From contig DASYTM010000010.1 in NCBI GenBank assembly GCA_036002345.1, positions 18,978 to 82,977 on the forward strand: a stretch of 64,000 nt of DNA. The letters are read 5' to 3'. The DNA is from Candidatus Methylomirabilota bacterium (GTDB lineage Bacteria; Methylomirabilota; Methylomirabilia; Rokubacteriales; CSP1-6). Of this stretch, positions 47,011 through 58,000 are shown piece by piece; the first letter of the stretch is position 1; each line of letters opens with the position of its first letter. The notes under the pieces are model-generated. The model did not search any database and had not been told where the DNA came from. It saw nothing but the letters and a program-made list of their open reading frames with translations. The translations under genes and the position numbers were made by a program.

Positions 47011-49114
47011 GCAGGCCACCCTCTGTCCGTACTGCGGCGTGGGCTGCGGCCTCCTCGTCGAGGTGCGCGACGGCCGCGTGGCGCGCGTGCGCGGTGACCC
47101 CGCGCATCCCTCCAGCCTCGGCGACGTTTGCGCCAAGGCCGTGCACCTGCCGCCGACGCTGCGGACGCCGGATCGCCTGCTCTATCCGCACGCGCGCGCG
47201 CGGCGAGACGGCGTGCTGGAGCGCGTGCCGTGGGAGCTGGCGGTGCGGACGGTGGCGGACCGCCTCGCCGAGATCGCCGCCATCCACGGGCCCGACGCGA
47301 TCGCCTTCTACGCCTCGGGGCAGCTCACGACCGAGGAGTACTACGCCGCCAACAAGCTGGCCAAGGGCTATCTCCGGACCAACAACTTCGACACCAACTC
47401 GCGGCTGTGCATGGCCTCCGCCGCCGTCGCCTACGCGCGCTCGTTCGGCGCCGATGGACCGCCGTGCTCGTACGAGGATCTCGACGCGGCCGACTGCGTG
47501 CTCGTGATCGGCAGCAACACCGCCGACTGCCACCCCGTGCTCTTCAAGCGGCTGCGACGCCGCAAGGCCGCCGCGCCCGACGACGTCAGCATCGTGGTCG
47601 TCGATCCCCGCTGGACGGAGACCGCGGACCTGGCGGACCTGCACCTCGCCCTCCGCCCGGGCTCCGACGTCGCCCTCCTCAACGGCATGCTCAACGTGCT
47701 CGTGCGCGAGGGCCTCGTGAACCACGACTTCATCGCCGCGCACACCGTGGGCTGGAACGACGTGCGCCGCGAGGTCGCCGCCTATCCGCCCCAGCGCGCC
47801 GCCGAGCTGACGGGGCTGTCGGCCGGTGCGATCGTCTCCGCCGCGCTGCGGTTCGCCGGCGCGCGCCGCGCGCTGACGCTGTGGTCGATGGGCGTGAACC
47901 AGAGCCGCATCGGCACCGACAAGGCCGCGGCGATCCTCAACCTGCACCTCGCGACGGGCCAGATCGGGCGCGCGGGCGCCGGGCCGTTCTCGCTGACCGG
48001 CCAGCCCAATGCCATGGGCGGCCGCGAGACCGGCGGGCTCGCCCATCTGCTGCCCGGCTATCGCGCGATCAGCGATCCCGGGGCGCGCGCCGCCGTCGAG
48101 CGCCACTGGGGCGTCGCGCCGGGAACGATCAACCCACGGCCCGGGCGCGCCGCGCTCGAGATCTTCGAGGGCCTGACGACGGGCGAGGTGCGCGCGGTCT
48201 GGATCCTCTGCACGAACCCGGCGGCGTCCATGCCCGACACCGACGTCGTCGAGCGCGCGCTGCGCCAGGCCGACTTCGTCGTCGTGCAGGACGCCTATCA
48301 CCCCACGGAGACGACGCGCTTCGCCGACGTCCTGCTGCCCGCCGCGCAGTGGCCCGAGAAGGACGGCGTGATGACGAACTCCGAGCGGCGGCTGACGTAC
48401 CTGCCGAGGCTCGTCGCGCCGCCCGGCGAGACGCTGCCCGACGCCGAGATCGTCGCGCGCGTGGCGGCGGCCATGGGATGGAAGAGCGCGTTCGCCTGGG
48501 AGAGCGCGGCGGAGATCTTCGCCGAGTTCGCGGCGCTCACGGCGGGGCGGCCGTGCGACTACGCCGGCGTGACGCACGAGCGCCTGCGCGCGGGCGCGGT
48601 GCAGTGGCCGGCCCCGACCCCGGAGCATGCCGGCACCGCGCGGCTCTACGCCGACGGCGTCTTTCCCGCCGCGGGCGGGCGCGCGCGCTTCGTCCCCGTC
48701 GCCCACGCCGAGCCTGCCGAGCCGCCCGACCGCGCGTTCCCACTGACGCTCACGACCGGACGCGTGCGCGATCACTGGCACACGCTCACGCGTACGGGCC
48801 AGGCGCCGGCGCTCCGCGCGCGCACGCCCGAGCCGATCATCGAGATCAACGAGGCCGACGCGCGCCGCGCGGGTCTGCAAGACGGCGACTTCGTGGAGGT
48901 CGCCTCGCGGCGCGGCAAGCTGATCGCCCAGTGCCGCGTGACCTCGGCCATCCGTGAGGGCGTGTGCTTCGCGCCGTTCCACTGGGGCCGGCGGCTCGGC
49001 TTCTACAAGAGCGCCAACAACCTCACGCTCTCCGCGCGGGATCCGCTCTCGCGCCAGCCCGAGCTCAAGGCGTGCGCGGTGCGGCTGCGCCGCGTCGCGG
49101 GAGCCGCCGGATGA
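47003..49114 (+). CDS. nasA: Assimilatory nitrate reductase catalytic subunit (molybdopterin oxidoreductase, NasA/NarB type)
   Basis: N-terminal 4Fe-4S cysteine cluster CPYCGVGCG...C. Molybdopterin oxidoreductase and C-terminal molybdopterin-dinucleotide-binding domains. Confidence 0.9.
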   Translation: MPEQATLCPYCGVGCGLLVEVRDGRVARVRGDPAHPSSLGDVCAKAVHLPPTLRTPDRLLYPHARARRDGVLERVPWELAVRTVADRLAEIAAIHGPDAIAFYASGQLTTEEYYAANKLAKGYLRTNNFDTNSRLCMASAAVAYARSFGADGPPCSYEDLDAADCVLVIGSNTADCHPVLFKRLRRRKAAAPDDVSIVVVDPRWTETADLADLHLALRPGSDVALLNGMLNVLVREGLVNHDFIAAHTVGWNDVRREVAAYPPQRAAELTGLSAGAIVSAALRFAGARRALTLWSMGVNQSRIGTDKAAAILNLHLATGQIGRAGAGPFSLTGQPNAMGGRETGGLAHLLPGYRAISDPGARAAVERHWGVAPGTINPRPGRAALEIFEGLTTGEVRAVWILCTNPAASMPDTDVVERALRQADFVVVQDAYHPTETTRFADVLLPAAQWPEKDGVMTNSERRLTYLPRLVAPPGETLPDAEIVARVAAAMGWKSAFAWESAAEIFAEFAALTAGRPCDYAGVTHERLRAGAVQWPAPTPEHAGTARLYADGVFPAAGGRARFVPVAHAEPAEPPDRAFPLTLTTGRVRDHWHTLTRTGQAPALRARTPEPIIEINEADARRAGLQDGDFVEVASRRGKLIAQCRVTSAIREGVCFAPFHWGRRLGFYKSANNLTLSARDPLSRQPELKACAVRLRRVAGAAG

Positions 49115-50613
49115 ACCGCATCGAGGCCCTCAAGGCCGAGAAGGACGGCCTCGACGTCCAGGCGGATCTGGCCCGCTTCGCGCGCGAGGGGTGGAAGACG
49201 CTCGGCGACGACGACAAGGAGCGGCTCAAGTGGATCGGCGTCTTCCACCGCCGGCCGACGCCCGGCCACTTCATGATGCGCGTGCGCATGCCGAACGGCA
49301 TCGTCTCGGCCGCGCAGGCGCGGCTGCTCGGCGAGATCACCCTGGAGGCCGGCCGCGCCTCGGGCCGGCCGATCGCCGACGTCACGACGCGCCAGCAGCT
49401 CCAGCTCCGCTGGGTGACGATCGAGAACATTCCCGCCGTCATCGCGCGGCTCGAGGCGGCCGGGCTCTCGACGCTGCAGACGGGGATGGACAACATCCGC
49501 GGCATCATCGGCTGCCCGGCCACGGGCCTCACGCCGCGCGAGCTGCTCGACACCGCGCCGATGGCCGCGGCGTTCCAGAAGATCTTCCTCGGCAACAAGG
49601 AGTTCACGAACCTGCCGCGCAAGTTCAACGTCACGATCACCGGCTGCCTCGAGCACTGTACGGGCGGCGAGACGCAGGACATCTCGCTGACGCCCGCGCG
49701 CTCGGGCCACGAGCCCGGCTTCAACCTCGCCGTGGGCGGCAAGCAGGGCTCGGGCGGCCCCGTGTTCGCCACGCCGCTGGACGCCTTCGTGCGGCCGCCC
49801 GAGGCCACGGACGTCTGCGCGGCGATCGCGCTCGTCTTCCGCGACCACGGACCGCGCGAGTCGCGGAGCAAGGCGCGGCTCGCCTTCCTGCTGGAAGCGT
49901 GGGGAGCCGCGCGCTTCCGCATCGAGCTGGAGAAGCGCCTGGGCCACGCGCTGCCGCCCGCCGGCGAGGACGCGCGCGTGCACGCCCACACGGACCACGT
50001 CGGCATCTTCCGGCAGACGCAGCCCGGGCTGAACTACGTCGGCCTCAAGACCCAGGTCGGGCGGCTGACGGGCGCCGAGCTCGTCGAGCTCGCGCGCCTG
50101 TCGGAGGTGTACGGCCGCGGCGAGCTGCGCTTCACGCCGCTCCAGAACGTGCTGCTTCCGCACGTGCCGGACGCGAAGCTCGGCGACCTCACCCAGGAGC
50201 CGCTGCTGAAGGCCCTGCCGTACAACCCGTCGGAGGTCCAGCGCGGGCTCGTGGCGTGCACGGGCACGGACTTCTGCAACCTCGCGCTGATCGACACCAA
50301 GACGCGCGCGGTCGCGCTGGCGAAGGAGTTCGAGACGCGTGTCGGCGCCACGCGGCCGATCTCGGTGCGCTGGTCCGGCTGCCCCGCGTCGTGCGGTAAC
50401 CACCACACCGCGGACATCGGCCTGCAGGGCTGCAAGGTGAAGGTGAACGGCAAGATCGTGGACGGCGTGCACGTCTTCGTCGGCGGCCGCGGCGGCGCCG
50501 AGCCGCGCGCCGGCATGCGCATCCTCGAGGACGTGCCGTGCGACGAGCTGCCCGCGGCGCTCGAGCGGCTCGTCCGCTTCTTCCCGCGCGGCGAACGCAA
50601 GGAGGCCCCGTGA
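49111..50613 (+). CDS. nirA: Ferredoxin-nitrite reductase (sirohaem/4Fe-4S NirA-type)
   Basis: Nitrite/sulfite reductase ferredoxin-like half domains. Sirohaem-binding Cys cluster (CTGTDFCNLA...SGCPASCG). Confidence 0.9.
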   Translation: MNRIEALKAEKDGLDVQADLARFAREGWKTLGDDDKERLKWIGVFHRRPTPGHFMMRVRMPNGIVSAAQARLLGEITLEAGRASGRPIADVTTRQQLQLRWVTIENIPAVIARLEAAGLSTLQTGMDNIRGIIGCPATGLTPRELLDTAPMAAAFQKIFLGNKEFTNLPRKFNVTITGCLEHCTGGETQDISLTPARSGHEPGFNLAVGGKQGSGGPVFATPLDAFVRPPEATDVCAAIALVFRDHGPRESRSKARLAFLLEAWGAARFRIELEKRLGHALPPAGEDARVHAHTDHVGIFRQTQPGLNYVGLKTQVGRLTGAELVELARLSEVYGRGELRFTPLQNVLLPHVPDAKLGDLTQEPLLKALPYNPSEVQRGLVACTGTDFCNLALIDTKTRAVALAKEFETRVGATRPISVRWSGCPASCGNHHTADIGLQGCKVKVNGKIVDGVHVFVGGRGGAEPRAGMRILEDVPCDELPAALERLVRFFPRGERKEAP

Positions 50614-51380
50614 GCACCCGACCCTTCGTCTCGTTCGTCGGCGCGGGCCCGGGTGATCCGGAGCTGGTGACGCTCAAGGCGCTGCGCCGGCTGCGCGGGG
50701 CCGAGGTCGTCATCCACGACCGGCTGATTCCCGCCGCGCTCCTCGACGAAGCGCCGGCGACCGCGGAAGTCATCGACGCCGGCAAGGCGCCCGGCCGCCC
50801 CTGCATGGGCCAGTCGCAGATCAACTGGCTGCTCGTGGACCGCGCGCGGCGCCGCGGGCGCGTGGTGCGGCTCAAGGGCGGCGACCCGGCCGTCTTCGGG
50901 CGTCTCGCCGAGGAGATCGTGGCGGTGCGCGCGGCCGCCATCGAGTTCGAAGTGGTCCCGGGCGTGACCGCGGCGACGGCGGTCGCGGCCCGCACGGGCA
51001 TCTCGCTCACCGCGCGCGGCCACGCCTCGATGCTGATCTTCGCGACCGGTAGCGACCACGCGGGGCGGGGCACGGCCGCGCTCGACTGGGAATTGCTGGC
51101 ACGCGCGGAGGCGACGCTGGTCTTCTACATGCCGGTGCAGGGGCTCGAGGGGATCACCACCGCGCTCACGGCTCTGGGGCGCGACGCGCGCGAGCGCGCG
51201 CTGGTGGTGGAGCGCGCGGGCACGCTGGACGAGCGGGTGGTGGCCGGCCGCCTGGGCGACATCGCCGCGCGCTGCCGCGAGGCCGCCATCGGCACGCCGG
51301 CGCTGCTTCTCGTCGGGCCGACACTGGACGCGGCGTCGGTCCCGCTCGCCGTGGGCCACCTCACGGCCGCGGAGGCCTGA
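50610..51380 (+). CDS. cobA: Uroporphyrinogen-III C-methyltransferase
   Basis: VGAGPGDPELVTLKALRRL...VVRLKGGDP matches the tetrapyrrole methylase family. AAGGAGG RBS. GTG start overlaps the nirA stop. Confidence 0.85.
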   Translation: MSTRPFVSFVGAGPGDPELVTLKALRRLRGAEVVIHDRLIPAALLDEAPATAEVIDAGKAPGRPCMGQSQINWLLVDRARRRGRVVRLKGGDPAVFGRLAEEIVAVRAAAIEFEVVPGVTAATAVAARTGISLTARGHASMLIFATGSDHAGRGTAALDWELLARAEATLVFYMPVQGLEGITTALTALGRDARERALVVERAGTLDERVVAGRLGDIAARCREAAIGTPALLLVGPTLDAASVPLAVGHLTAAEA

Positions 51381-51382
51381 CC

Positions 51383-51958
51383 GTGCCGGATTACTTCCCC
51401 GCGTTCCTGGACCTGCGCGGCCGGCGCTGTCTCGTCGTGGGCGGCGGCGCCATCGCGGAGCGCAAGGTCGCGGGCCTGCTCGAGTGCGGCGCGCGCGTCA
51501 CCGTCGTGAGCCCCGCCCTCGTGCCCGAGCTCGCGAGCCTGGCCGCGGCCGCGCGCATCGAGCACCGAGCGCGCGGGTTTCTCAAGCGGGACGCGCGCGG
51601 GTGCGTGTTGGTGATCTCGGCCACCGGGGTCGCGTCCGTGGACGACGCCGTCGCGCAGGCCGCCCGCCGCCACGGCGCGCTCGTCAACGCCGTGGACCGC
51701 CCCGCCCGCTGCGATTTCATCTACGGCTCCGTCCTTCGTCGCGGCGAATTGCAGATCGCCGTCTCCACGGGCGGCCGCGCCCCCGCCCTCGCGCGCGAGA
51801 TCCGCCGCCGGCTGGAGCCCGTCGTGGGACCGGAGTACGCGGAGCTCGTCGAGCGTGTCGGCCACGAACGCGTGGCCGCGCGGGCGAGGGCGCGCACGCC
51901 ACGCCAGCGGCTCGTCGCCGGCGAGGGCGTGGTGTCTGCGGCCCTGCGCTCATTGTAA
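51383..51958 (+). CDS. Precorrin-2 dehydrogenase / sirohydrochlorin ferrochelatase (SirC/Met8/CysG-N-like)
   Basis: Rossmann fold (RRCLVVGGGAIAERKVAGLLECGARVTVV). With cobA it completes sirohaem synthesis for NirA. Confidence 0.75.
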   Translation: MPDYFPAFLDLRGRRCLVVGGGAIAERKVAGLLECGARVTVVSPALVPELASLAAAARIEHRARGFLKRDARGCVLVISATGVASVDDAVAQAARRHGALVNAVDRPARCDFIYGSVLRRGELQIAVSTGGRAPALAREIRRRLEPVVGPEYAELVERVGHERVAARARARTPRQRLVAGEGVVSAALRSL

Positions 51959-51982
51959 GAATTCTCCCCGCCGCGCGTCGCT

Positions 51983-51997
51983 GGCATCGCCGTTGCT
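51983..51997 (+). promoter_or_regulatory. Sigma-54 (-24/-12) type promoter upstream of the CBS-gdhA-cNMP gene set
   Basis: cTGGCATcgccgTTGCTg against the consensus TGGCAC-N5-TTGCW. It lies ~47 nt upstream of the ATG at 52044. Confidence 0.45.
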
Positions 51998-52043
51998 GCC
52001 CTTCTCTCTGCTTGGCCGAACGCCAAACCATGAGGTGTGAGGA

Positions 52044-52517
52044 ATGAAGATCAAGCACGTCATGACGAAGGATCCGACCTCGTGCCTGCCGTCGGACACC
52101 GCGCAAGACGCGGCGGGCATCATGCGTGACCAGGACGCCGGGGTGGTCCCGGTGATCGAGAACGAGCAGAGCCTGAAATTGGTGGGCGTCGTCACCGACC
52201 GCGATCTCTGCATGAACATCGTGGCCGAGGGCCGCGATCCGCGGACGACGAAGGTCGACGAGTGCATGACACAGACGGTGGTGAGCGCCTCGCCCCAGGA
52301 CTCCATCGAGAAGGCGACCGACCTGATGCGCGAGAACCAGATCCGGCGCATCCCCATCGTCGACGAGCAGCACCACCTGGTGGGCATCGTGTCGATGGCC
52401 GATCTCGTCGGCCGCTCGAACGTCAAGACCACCGAGACGCACGAGACCCTGAAGACCGTCTCGGCGCCGACCGCCGAGCCCAGCAAGCCGCGCGCGAGGT
52501 CCCGGAAGGCCGCCTGA
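52044..52517 (+). CDS. CBS-domain pair protein
   Basis: Two CBS motifs (VMTKDP...VVPVIEN...LVGVVTDRDL; IRRIPIVDEQHHLVGIVSMADL). GAGGTGTGAGGA RBS. Confidence 0.8.
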   Translation: MKIKHVMTKDPTSCLPSDTAQDAAGIMRDQDAGVVPVIENEQSLKLVGVVTDRDLCMNIVAEGRDPRTTKVDECMTQTVVSASPQDSIEKATDLMRENQIRRIPIVDEQHHLVGIVSMADLVGRSNVKTTETHETLKTVSAPTAEPSKPRARSRKAA

Positions 52518-52582
52518 GCCGCGCCCAGGGCCACGATTCTGTGGCAGGTCCCACCGGGGTCCTGCCGTAGAATCGTTGGAGC

Positions 52583-53815
52583 ATGTCCGGCTTCGAGGAG
52601 GTCAACTACTACTTCCGGAAGGCTGCGCGGGTGATGGACCTCTCGGCGGCGGTCGAGCGCATGCTCGTCACGCCGTACCGGGAGGTCAAGGTGGACGTCT
52701 CGGTCACGCTCGACAACGGCGAGCTGGGGACGTTCATCGGCTACCGCGTCCAGCACGACCGCTCCCGCGGCCCCATGAAGGGCGGGCTGCGCTACCACCC
52801 GACGGTGGACCTGAACGAGGCGCTCGGTCTGGCCTCCCTGATGACCTGGAAGACGGCGGTGGTGAACCTGCCGTACGGCGGCGCCAAAGGTGGTATCGCC
52901 GTCGATCCCAAGACGCTCTCCGGCGGCGAGCTGGAGCGGCTGACCCGCAAGTTCGTGCAGCAGATCCACGAGATCATCGGGCCCCAGACGGACATCCCCG
53001 CGCCCGACGTCAACACCAACGCGCAGGTGATGGCGTGGATCATGGACGAGTACTCCAAGATCCACGGCTTCTCACCCGCCGTCGTGACGGGCAAGCCCGT
53101 GGACCTCTTCGGCAGCCGGGGCCGCGAGGAGGCGACGGGCCGCGGCGCCGTGTTCGCGCTCGAGGAATACCTCAAGGACGCGGGGGAGGGCGAGATCCGC
53201 GGCAAGACGTTCGCGATCCAGGGCTTCGGCAACGTCGGCTCGTGGGCCGGGCGCTTCCTGCACGAGCGCGGCGGCAAGGTGGTCGCGGTCTCGGACGTCA
53301 AGGGCGGGGTGCAGAATCCCGAGGGCCTCGACATCCCCCGGCTGATCGCCCATCAGAAGAACGAAGGCACGGCCACGGCCTTTCCGGGCAGCGATCCGAT
53401 CAGCAACGACGATCTCTTGCTGCTGCCCGTGGACGTGCTGGTGCCCGCCGCCCTCGGCGGCGTCATCAGCGCCGCCAACGTGAAAGACGTCCGCGCGCGC
53501 CTGATCCTCGAGGCCGCCAACGCGCCGACCACGCCCGAGGCCGACGAGGCGCTGGTCAAGCGCGGCATCACCGTGCTGCCCGACATCTACGTCAACGCGG
53601 GCGGCGTCACCGTCTCCTACTTCGAGTGGGCGCAGAACATCCAGCAGTTCACCTGGGAGGAGGACAAGGTCAACGCGGAGCTCCATCGCCACATGCGGGA
53701 CGCCTACGCGACGCTCGCGCGCGTCGTGCGCGAGCGCAAGGTGTCTTTCCGCACCGCCGCCTTCATCGTGGCCATCGGCCGCGTGGGGCGGGCCACCGTG
53801 CTGCGCGGAGTCTGA
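52583..53815 (+). CDS. gdhA: Glutamate dehydrogenase (Glu/Leu/Phe/Val dehydrogenase family)
   Basis: Active-site region NLPYGGAKGGI (catalytic Lys), NAD(P)-binding GFGNVGS, TVSYFEW. Confidence 0.95.
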   Translation: MSGFEEVNYYFRKAARVMDLSAAVERMLVTPYREVKVDVSVTLDNGELGTFIGYRVQHDRSRGPMKGGLRYHPTVDLNEALGLASLMTWKTAVVNLPYGGAKGGIAVDPKTLSGGELERLTRKFVQQIHEIIGPQTDIPAPDVNTNAQVMAWIMDEYSKIHGFSPAVVTGKPVDLFGSRGREEATGRGAVFALEEYLKDAGEGEIRGKTFAIQGFGNVGSWAGRFLHERGGKVVAVSDVKGGVQNPEGLDIPRLIAHQKNEGTATAFPGSDPISNDDLLLLPVDVLVPAALGGVISAANVKDVRARLILEAANAPTTPEADEALVKRGITVLPDIYVNAGGVTVSYFEWAQNIQQFTWEEDKVNAELHRHMRDAYATLARVVRERKVSFRTAAFIVAIGRVGRATVLRGV

Positions 53816-53830
53816 GAGGAGGCAGCCGCC

Positions 53831-54346
53831 ATGACGCCATCGGAGGCGAGCAAGGTCATTCGCGGCGTGCTCTGCCGCGGCCTCTCCTACGAGCAGACCG
53901 AGCAGATCTTGAAGGCGATGGTGCCGGTGAAATCCGAGGCCGGGATCGCCGTCTTCAAGGAGGGCGAGCGGCCGCAGGGCCTGATGGTGCTGCTGGAGGG
54001 CACGGTGGAGATCGTCAAGGAGGGCAGCCTGGAGATCCTCGCGACGATCGACGCGCCGACGGTGCTGGGCGAGATCAGCCTGCTCACGGAGGGCCCGCAC
54101 ACCGCCACCGTGCGCGCCAAGACGGCGTGCGAGTTCAGCCTGCTCACCTCCACGCAGTTCCACCGGCTCCTGCGCGAGGAGAGCCTGGCCGCCTACAAGG
54201 TCATCGCCATCCTGGCCGAGGTGCTCGCGCGGCGCCTGAACCGGATGGACGAGAAGTTCGTCGAGGTCTCGCGCAGGTCGGAGTCCACGCACGTCGAGGA
54301 GCTGGCCGCCTTCAAGCAGAAGCTCTTCACGGAGTGGAGCTTCTAG
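53831..54346 (+). CDS. Cyclic-nucleotide-binding (cNMP) domain protein
   Basis: GERPQGLMVLLEGTVEIV...LGEISLL...ATVRA match the CAP-family cNMP-binding fold. Confidence 0.8.
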   Translation: MTPSEASKVIRGVLCRGLSYEQTEQILKAMVPVKSEAGIAVFKEGERPQGLMVLLEGTVEIVKEGSLEILATIDAPTVLGEISLLTEGPHTATVRAKTACEFSLLTSTQFHRLLREESLAAYKVIAILAEVLARRLNRMDEKFVEVSRRSESTHVEELAAFKQKLFTEWSF

Positions 54347-54367
54347 CGCACACTAGCTGCGAATCTT

Positions 54368-55072
54368 CTAGGACGCCACGCGGGCGACGACGGGCGCCTG
54401 CCAGCGCCAGCAGCGAATGGCCTCGGCGCCGGGCTCGACGGCCACCGCGGCCGCGTAGCCGGAGCCGAGCGACAGGTTGCGCACCGTCCAGGCGGCGGGC
54501 GGCGTCTCGCGCATCGCGTCGAGCCCACGCCCGACCGCCTTCGCGTACGCCTCGTGCGCCGTCCAGAGCGCGAAGAACGCGCGCGAGCGCACGGCCAGCG
54601 GCATCCGCGCCAGCGCCTCCGCCTCCTCGGCGGGAAAGACCCGGCGCGCGATCTCGAGGTCCGCGCGGTCGGGGCGCTCGCGCTCCACGTCCACGCCGAC
54701 GTCGCGCCGCCAGCTCACCGCGACGAGCGCGATCTCGTCGGCGTGGGCCAGGTTGAAGCGCAGCGGCGCCGGCTCGCCCCCGTTGAACAGGAAGGGCTTG
54801 CCGAACGCGTCGGTCGCGAGCGCGAGCCCGAGGGGCGCGCGGCGGAGGTAGGCGGCGAGGATCGCGCGCAGGATGCCGCGCGCGGCCGTCCAGCGGTCAC
54901 GGTGCTGGGCCAGCCGGTAGCGCAGCGCACGCGCGCGCTCGTCGGGCGCCAGGGCTGCGGCGAGCGTGGCGAGCCGAGCCGGCGGCACGTCGAGGTCCGC
55001 GCGCCAGACGTGGACCTCCGCGGGCGGCAGCGCCGGCGCCGTCGGTGCGGGCGTCCACGCCGCGGGACTCAC
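54368..55072 (-). CDS. 4'-phosphopantetheinyl transferase (Sfp-type)
   Basis: FNLAHADEIALVAV...GVDVERE...WTAHEAYAKAVG matches the PPTase motifs. GTG start overlaps the NRPS stop (GTGA). Confidence 0.8.
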   Translation of the reverse strand: MSPAAWTPAPTAPALPPAEVHVWRADLDVPPARLATLAAALAPDERARALRYRLAQHRDRWTAARGILRAILAAYLRRAPLGLALATDAFGKPFLFNGGEPAPLRFNLAHADEIALVAVSWRRDVGVDVERERPDRADLEIARRVFPAEEAEALARMPLAVRSRAFFALWTAHEAYAKAVGRGLDAMRETPPAAWTVRNLSLGSGYAAAVAVEPGAEAIRCWRWQAPVVARVAS

Positions 55073-58000
55073 TCGAGCCGCGCCTCGAGCGCGGTGGCGA
55101 CGCGTTCGATGTGGCGGGTCACGATCTCGTCGTGGTCGCCGGGCACGCGCACGGTCTCGACGCGCGCGACGAGCGATCCCCACCCGAACGTCGGGTCGCC
55201 GGCGCGCGCGGGCTCTTCGGCCTCGGGCCAGAACACCACGACGTGACCCGGCCACGGGCCGGGCAGGTAGCCGAGGCAGGCGTCGTAGTAGCGCTCGAAG
55301 AGCGGCGGCGCCGGCGGTGCGGCCGGCGCCGGCAGCGGCAGCGTGCGGCGCAGCCGCCGCGCCAGCTGGCGGGACAGCCGCGCCGTCGCGCGCGTCACGA
55401 AGGCGGCGCGGCCCCGCGCGTCGAGGCCGCGGAGGCGGTCGGCGAACAAGCGCACGCGGCCGAACTGCTCGAGCGCGCCCTCGGGACCCAGGCCGAGCGC
55501 GCGCGCGGCGGCGGCGATCGGCCGGCGCAGCACGTGGAAGCGCGTGTCGGCGTCGGTAGCGATGAGCACGAGCCGCTCGACCTGCCGGCCGGCGGCGGTG
55601 AGCAGCCGCGCGGTCTCGTAGGCGACGAGGCCGCCGTTGCAGTAGCCGCCGAGGACGAGCGGGCCCTCGGGGTGCGCGGCGACGACCTGCTCCACGTGCG
55701 CGCGCGCCATCGCCTCGATGGTGGTGGGGACCGGGCGGCCGTGCAGGCCGAGCGGGTGGATCACCCAGAAGGCGCGGTCGGCGCCGAGGTGGCGTGCCAG
55801 CGTCAGCGTGTAGAAGCCCGCGCCGTTGAGGTCGCCATGGAAGAAGAAGAGCGGTGGCCGCGCCCCGCCCGCGCGCAGGCGGACGAGCGGCGCCTGGAAC
55901 TCCGCGGGCTCGCTCGCCAGCAGCGCCTCGGACAGCGCCTCGATGGTGGGGCTGGTGTAGAGCACGGCCAGCGGCAGCGAGGTGCCGTAGAGGTCGTGCA
56001 CGCGCTGGAGCATCCGCACCGCGAGCAGCGAGTGGCCTCCGAGATCGAAGAAGTCGTCGGTGGCGCCGACCTCGGTCACGCCGAGCAGCTCGCGCCACAC
56101 CTCGGCGAGCTGCCACTGGAGCGGGCCGCGCGCGCGCACGAGGGCGCGGCCGTCGCGCGCGGGCTCCGGCGCGGGCAGCGCGCGGCGATCGAGCTTGCCC
56201 GTGGGCCCGAGCGGCAGGGTCTCGAGCGTCACGAAGGCCGCGGGTACGAACGCCGCGGGCAGCCGGCGCTTCACGAAGTCGCGCAGCGCCGCCGGCGTCG
56301 GGACCTCGCCGGCCGCGGGCACCACGTAGGCGATCAGCCGCACGTCGTTCGGCCGGTCTCCGACCGCGGCGATCACGGCCACCTCGCGCACGGCCGGGTG
56401 GGTGGCCAGGACCGCCTCCACCTCGCCCGGCTCGACGCGCACGCCGCGGACTTTCACCTGCGTGTCGAGGCGGCCGACGTACTCGATCGTGCCGTCGGGC
56501 CGCCAGCGGGCGAGGTCGCCGGTGCGATAGAGGCGCGCGCCCGGCGTGGCGTCGAAGGGATGCGCCACGAAGCGCTCCGCGGTGAGATCGGGGCGGTTGA
56601 GATAGCCGCGCGCGAGCCCGGCGCCGCCGATGTGGAGCTCGCCGGGCACGCCCACGGGCACGGGCTCGTGGTGACGGTCGAGCAGGTAGGTCTCGGTGCC
56701 CGCGATGGGCCGGCCGATCGGAATCGAGACCGTGTCCGGTTCGAGCGGGCGCGGCACGACGTGACACACGCTGAAGGTCGTGGCTTCCGTCGGGCCGTAG
56801 CCGTTGACGAAGCGCGCGCCGGGCAGGAGGGCCTGGCCCCGCGCGACGTGGGCGACCGACAGCGCTTCCCCGCCCACGACGATCTGCCGCACGCCGGCCA
56901 GCGCGTCGGGCGCGTCGTCGATGAGCGCGTTGAAGAACGCGGCGGTGAGGAACATCGCGGTCACGCCGTGGGCGCGCACCGCCTCTCGCACCGCGCGCGG
57001 CGTGGGCACGCCGCCCGTGAGCACCGCGCAGCGCCCGCCGTGCAGCAGCGCGCCCCACACGTCGAAGGTGGCGGCGTCGAAGGCGATGGCCGAGAGGTGC
57101 AGGAACGTCTCGTCCTCCGCGAAGCGCACGTACGACTGGCCGAAGACCAGTCGCAGGATGGCCCGGTGCGGCACGGCCACGCCCTTGGGCCGGCCCGTCG
57201 AGCCCGAGGTGTACATGACGTAGGCGAGCGCGTCGGGATCGACGGCGGCGCCCGGCGCGCGCGCGCCGGCCTCGACCTCGTCGAGCCACACCGTGTGGAC
57301 GACGCCGCGGAAGTCGACGCGCGGCGCATTGCGGTCGGCGACGAGCACGCGGCAGCCGGCGTCCTCGGCCATCAGCGCCAGCCGGTCGGCGGGATGCGCG
57401 GGATCGAGGGGCAGGTAGGCGCCGCCCGCCTTCAGCACGCCGAGCAGGGCCGTGACCATCGCCGGTGAGCGCTCGCTGTGGACGCCGACGCTCACGTCGC
57501 GCCCGACCCCGAGCGCCGCCAGCCGCCGCGCGAGCGCGCTGGCCCGGGCGTCGACCTCCGCGTACGTGAGCCGCGTGGCGTCGTCGGTGAGCGCGACCGC
57601 GTCGGGCGTCCGCGCCGCCTGCGCCTCGAACACGCCGTGCACGGTGGCGGGGTCCGGATAGGCGTCGCGCGCCCGCGCCCAGTCCACGAGCACGCGGCGT
57701 CGCTCGGCGTCGTCGAGCATGGGCAGCGCCGAGAGCGGGCGCGCGGGATCGGCGGCGACGGCGGCGAGCAGGTTGGCGTAGTGGCCGGCCATCCGCGCGA
57801 TCGTGTCGGCGCGCCACAGGTCCGTCGCGTACGTGAAGCGGCCGCCCAGGCCGTCGGGCCGCGCGTTCATCTCGAGGTAGAGGTCGAACTTGGTCGTGCG
57901 CGTGTCCACGTCGAGGTGCGAGAGGTCCCAGCCCTCCGGCAGCCGCGCCATCGGCGCCTCGAGCGACATCACGGTCTGGAAGAAGGGGTGGCGGGCGGCG

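Noticed and set aside
43166-50472. Long minus-strand ORFs (43166-44683, 44512-45378, 45369-46301, 45976-47136, 46808-48982, 49003-50472) across the nitrate operon
   Set aside because: Antisense to the coupled nrt/nas/nir genes. Compositionally biased and non-homologous.
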